Shown here one piece after another: positions 46,231 to 49,368 of a DNA stretch of 49,368 nucleotides (positions are counted from its first letter, which is position 1; every line of letters starts with the position of its first letter). A program made the position numbers and the translations under genes. Under the pieces are notes generated by a model. It saw only the letters and a program-made list of their open reading frames with translations. It searched no databases and had not been told where the DNA came from. Where the stretch lies: contig JBLNDL010000005.1 of the NCBI GenBank assembly GCA_050261575.1, positions 124,001-173,368 of the forward strand, given 5' to 3'. Source of the DNA: Sphingomonadaceae bacterium. Lineage in GTDB: Bacteria; Chloroflexota; UBA6077.

Positions 46231-47757
46231 TTACATCGCTCGTTGGTCAATGGGGAACCTCACCTGGATTCTGGTGCCCTCGCCCGGGATGGGGGTGACC
46301 TGGAGCTCGGCTCCGATCGACTCGGCCCTCTCGCGCATCGTCTGGAGGCCGAAGCAGCGGCGGCTCCTCCCTGCCAACTGCGCTGGGTCGAACCCGATCC
46401 CATCGTCCTCCACGCTCAGCACGCCGCGGCCGTCGAGCCGCTCCAACCGTATCCGCACCTTGTGGGCGCGCGAGTGCTTCCGGACGTTGGCAAGGGCTTC
46501 CTGGACGATTCGAACGAGCTGCACCTCGGCCTCCGGGGGGAAGGTCTCCTCGGCGGCGTCGGGCAGGACCAGCTCGACCGGTATGGAGTTCTGCTCCGAG
46601 AAGTCGGCGGCGCTGGCGCGGATGGCCGCCGCCAGGCCGCGATCCAGTTCGGTTGCGGTGCGCAGGCCGAGGATCGACTGCCGGACGTCGGAGTAAGCCT
46701 CCTGGACGATCCTCTGCATCTGGTCCAGCTCGCGCTCGGCCTGCTCCAGGTGCCGGTTGGCGACCAGTTGCTGGGTCACCCGAGTCTTAAGGTGGAGGAA
46801 GCCGATCAACTGGGCCAGGCCGTCGTGCATCTCTCGGGCGATCCGCTCCCTCTCCTCCAGGGTTGCCAGGAGTCGGCGGCGGTCGGCCATCTCAACTTGG
46901 CGGAGGGTCTGGACGCGGAAGACTCGCAGCACCCGCAGGACGAAGAAGGCGATCAGGAGGGCCGAGGCGGCGCGGAGCAGTTGGGCCGGGATCCCGAAGA
47001 ACGCCTCGAAGCCCGCGTAGCTGGCTGGAGAGCCGGCTGGGGGCTGGCTCGGGGGGAGTACGATCCCGGCCACGAGGGCGTTCAGCAGGAAGGTGGCGGC
47101 GGCGAATCGGGCGTCGCGGGCGATCTGGGGGAAGTCCCTTTTCCTCAGGCGGTGGGCCTCGGATAGCAGGCCGAGGCCGGCCAGGGCGGAGCCCGGCAGG
47201 TAGAGGAGGAACCTGGCCCAGATGTCGGCGTGGATGAGCCACTGGCGCCCTCCCAACGGGTGGCCGTCTGCCTGGAGCTGTGCCAGGGTGGCGAGCCAGG
47301 CCAGGCCGAGCCCCACGGGCAGGACGGGGAGGAGGGCGCGCGGGTCGAGCAGGGGGGGCAGGGCCGAGGGCTGGGGACCCAGGACTGAGGACTGAGGGCT
47401 GAGGATCGAGTGTGCCTGTGCCGAGTCTCGGGTCCCGAGTGCGGACTCGGCCCTCAGCCCTCGCTCCGCGGATCTTCCCAGGAGGCTGGCCCCGAACTGG
47501 AGCAGGGCGAGCGCGGACAGGCCGAGCAGAAGGGTGCGAGCGACGCGGACCGCCTCCAGGCCGAGGGCGGAGGGGGCAGGTGCCTGTACGAAGAGGAGCA
47601 TGTCGGCCCACTCCGCGAGGGCGTGGAGGATGCCGAAGGCGGCCAGATATGGGAGACTGGCGGCCAGCCCGAGGTCGCTGGACCGGCGGTACTCCAGGGC
47701 GATGGCGAAGCCCATGGAGAAGAACGCGAGGCCGTAGACGAAGAAGACTAGGACCAT
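46231..47757 (-). CDS. Polytopic membrane sensor histidine kinase (HisKA_3)
   Basis: About 7 TM helices, EERERIAREMHDGLAQ, QEALANVRKHS, DDGIGF, FGLQTMRERA. Confidence 0.92.
   Translation of the reverse strand: MVLVFFVYGLAFFSMGFAIALEYRRSSDLGLAASLPYLAAFGILHALAEWADMLLFVQAPAPSALGLEAVRVARTLLLGLSALALLQFGASLLGRSAERGLRAESALGTRDSAQAHSILSPQSSVLGPQPSALPPLLDPRALLPVLPVGLGLAWLATLAQLQADGHPLGGRQWLIHADIWARFLLYLPGSALAGLGLLSEAHRLRKRDFPQIARDARFAAATFLLNALVAGIVLPPSQPPAGSPASYAGFEAFFGIPAQLLRAASALLIAFFVLRVLRVFRVQTLRQVEMADRRRLLATLEERERIAREMHDGLAQLIGFLHLKTRVTQQLVANRHLEQAERELDQMQRIVQEAYSDVRQSILGLRTATELDRGLAAAIRASAADFSEQNSIPVELVLPDAAEETFPPEAEVQLVRIVQEALANVRKHSRAHKVRIRLERLDGRGVLSVEDDGIGFDPAQLAGRSRRCFGLQTMRERAESIGAELQVTPIPGEGTRIQVRFPIDQRAM
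47361..47463. repeat. Heptamer arrays in both orientations inside sensor kinase
   Basis: gggccga gggctgg ggaccca ggactga ggactga gggctga ggatcga ... ctcggcc ctcagcc ctcg. Confidence 0.8.
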
Positions 47758-48226
47758 TTCTGTCAGAGCTGCGGCACGAGGCGGAACCGCTCACGCCGCG
47801 GTCAAGCGCACCCCCACGTCAGGATGCCGGGTGGCTGCCCCCGGATTCTCGGTCGCCACGGGCGGCCCGCGGGCTCGAGTCGATATTAGCAAATAAAAGG
47901 AAAGAGTTCTACTGGCTAAGAAAAGGCTGCGGCCCTCCCGGCGATCACGTTGATCTCGGGGCTGAAGCCGTGGAGCAGTGGCAAGTTGGGGGCTGGTTGC
48001 GGTAGCGAGCATCTCGAGCTGCGCTTGGCAATCGGTTGCGATAGCTGCGCTAGGCGAAATCGCTAAGACACACCCAGTTGAACTGACTGAAGATGGGAGC
48101 GCTGCCAGGCAGGTGCGGCAACCGCCTCGTCGTGGTGGTGCGGGAGTACGTCGGGGTGGATGTGGATAGGGTGTGACGGGTGATGAGTGATGAGTGACGA
48201 GTAGGGAGTTGACGCGGACTTCCTCC

Positions 48227-48255
48227 TTGAATTGGAAGCCGTTATTCCCCATAAT
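48227..48255 (+). promoter_or_regulatory. Sigma70-type promoter
   Basis: TTGAAT-N17-CATAAT. Confidence 0.6.
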
Positions 48256-48634
48256 GAGCCCCGTGTTGGCTCCGACCAGCGGGGTAGCCTGTAACCAGCA
48301 GCCGGCCCGCTAGCGGGCGCGCTGCCTGGCTAACCTTCCAGCTTCGTCGATCCACTCGCTAAGTGTGCGCGCGTGCGGGGTGGTCGTGTCGAGTGACCGC
48401 CGCGTGTGCGGTTACCGTGCGTGATGCCTAGGGCATGGCCTCGTGCCCCGCTGCCCGGTTTTCAGGCCGCGACAGGGGGCGGGGGGCAAGCTCCCGTCCT
48501 ACGTTTATCGAAGCCATCGCCAGCTCCGGGCGGTGGGGGCGTAACGCTGTGCTCGCTCGCGTTACGAGTCCCGCCCTACTCTCGATGGTCTTACCCTCGA
48601 TGGCCTCAACCGAGCCGAGAAAGGAGCGCAGACA

Positions 48635-49368
48635 GTGAAGACCGTCCTCAAGAGATCGTGGGGTTACGGCCCAGCAGTGGTGCTGGCGGTCGCCTTGGTG
48701 GCGATCCTCGCGGCCGGTGTCAGCGCACAGGGTGCTCCCACCGAGTGGAGCGTGCCGACCTCCAGCAGCCAGCCCACCATCCTGGCGCCGGACTCCTTCG
48801 GGAATCTGTGGTTCACCGAGTACGCCGGCAACAAGATCGGCAGGGTCAACCCCAATGGGGTGTTCCAGGAGTTCAACGTCCCCACGGGCGACAGCCAGCC
48901 GTGGGGCATCGCCGTCGACGCCAGCAACCGAGTCTGGTTCACCGAGCACGCCGGCAACAAGATCGGCAACATGACCCCCCAGGGGGTCTTCGGCCAGGAC
49001 AACATCCCCACCGCCAACGCCAAGCCGACTGGGCTCGCGATCGATAGCTCCGGCAACGTCTGGTTCGCCGAGTCCGGCGCGAACAAGATCGGCAAGTTCA
49101 ACGTCTCCAACTCCAGCTTCGAGGAGAAGGAGATCCCCACGTCCAACAGCCAGCCCTGGGCCGTGGCGGTGGACTCCTCCGGCAACGTGTGGTTCACCGA
49201 GCGCTCCGCAAACAAGATCGGCAAGATGACCCCCTCGGGGCAGTTCACCGAGTACGGGATCCCCACCTCGGGGAGCGGACCCACCGGCATCGCCATCGAC
49301 GGCTCGGGGAACGTGTGGTTCGCGGAGTACGACGGGAACAAGATCGGGATGATGACCCCCGGCGGGAG
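48635..49368 (+). CDS. Secreted Vgb (virginiamycin B lyase)-like beta-propeller repeat protein, truncated by window end
   Basis: AAGGAG RBS, GTG start, signal peptide (MKTVLKRSWGYGPAVVLAVALVAILAAGVSA), five ~42-aa repeats of WF[TA]E..NKIG...PT..SQP.GIA.D..GN; absent from the ORF track because it has no stop. Confidence 0.85.
   Translation, partial: MKTVLKRSWGYGPAVVLAVALVAILAAGVSAQGAPTEWSVPTSSSQPTILAPDSFGNLWFTEYAGNKIGRVNPNGVFQEFNVPTGDSQPWGIAVDASNRVWFTEHAGNKIGNMTPQGVFGQDNIPTANAKPTGLAIDSSGNVWFAESGANKIGKFNVSNSSFEEKEIPTSNSQPWAVAVDSSGNVWFTERSANKIGKMTPSGQFTEYGIPTSGSGPTGIAIDGSGNVWFAEYDGNKIGMMTPGG

Noticed and set aside
48280..48340. tRNA-like CTGTAA loop
   Set aside because: No TTCG T-arm or cloverleaf can be built
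48664..49341. 225-aa repetitive minus-strand ORF
   Set aside because: Antisense shadow of the plus-strand beta-propeller gene, which has an RBS and signal peptide
1..49368. Transposases, integrases, prophage genes, rRNA or tRNA
   Set aside because: No recognisable motifs found

Overview
High-GC bacterial chromosomal window. A Chloroflexota-like monoderm is my inference from gene content, not something the sequence proves. In order: DUF488 gene; uvrC; S41 protease; an oxidative pentose-phosphate cluster (pgl-opcA-zwf-pgi-tkt on minus, gnd and a KdgK-like kinase on plus); a complete type III-A CRISPR interference module (cas10-csm2-csm3-csm4-csm5-csm6-like CARF/HEPN-cas6, no cas1/cas2 in the window) downstream of a 15-repeat array transcribed on the minus strand; lutABC; an orphan murE. 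Next is an ~18-kb redox region with two paralogous multiheme cytochrome c (11 and 9 CxxCH) plus cytochrome b pairs resembling a split CbcL, an M56/M48 peptidase, two uncharacterised membrane proteins, a histidine kinase with a CxxCH in its sensor domain and a Cys-rich GAF, a second kinase/regulator pair and an atypical receiver. It is interrupted by an aminotransferase and a TRAP transporter. The window ends in a secreted Vgb-like beta-propeller gene behind a long structured leader. A family of degenerate 7-bp tandem repeats, often inverted, is scattered through the window, several times in-frame inside conserved proteins. All assignments are by motif recognition; no searches were run.
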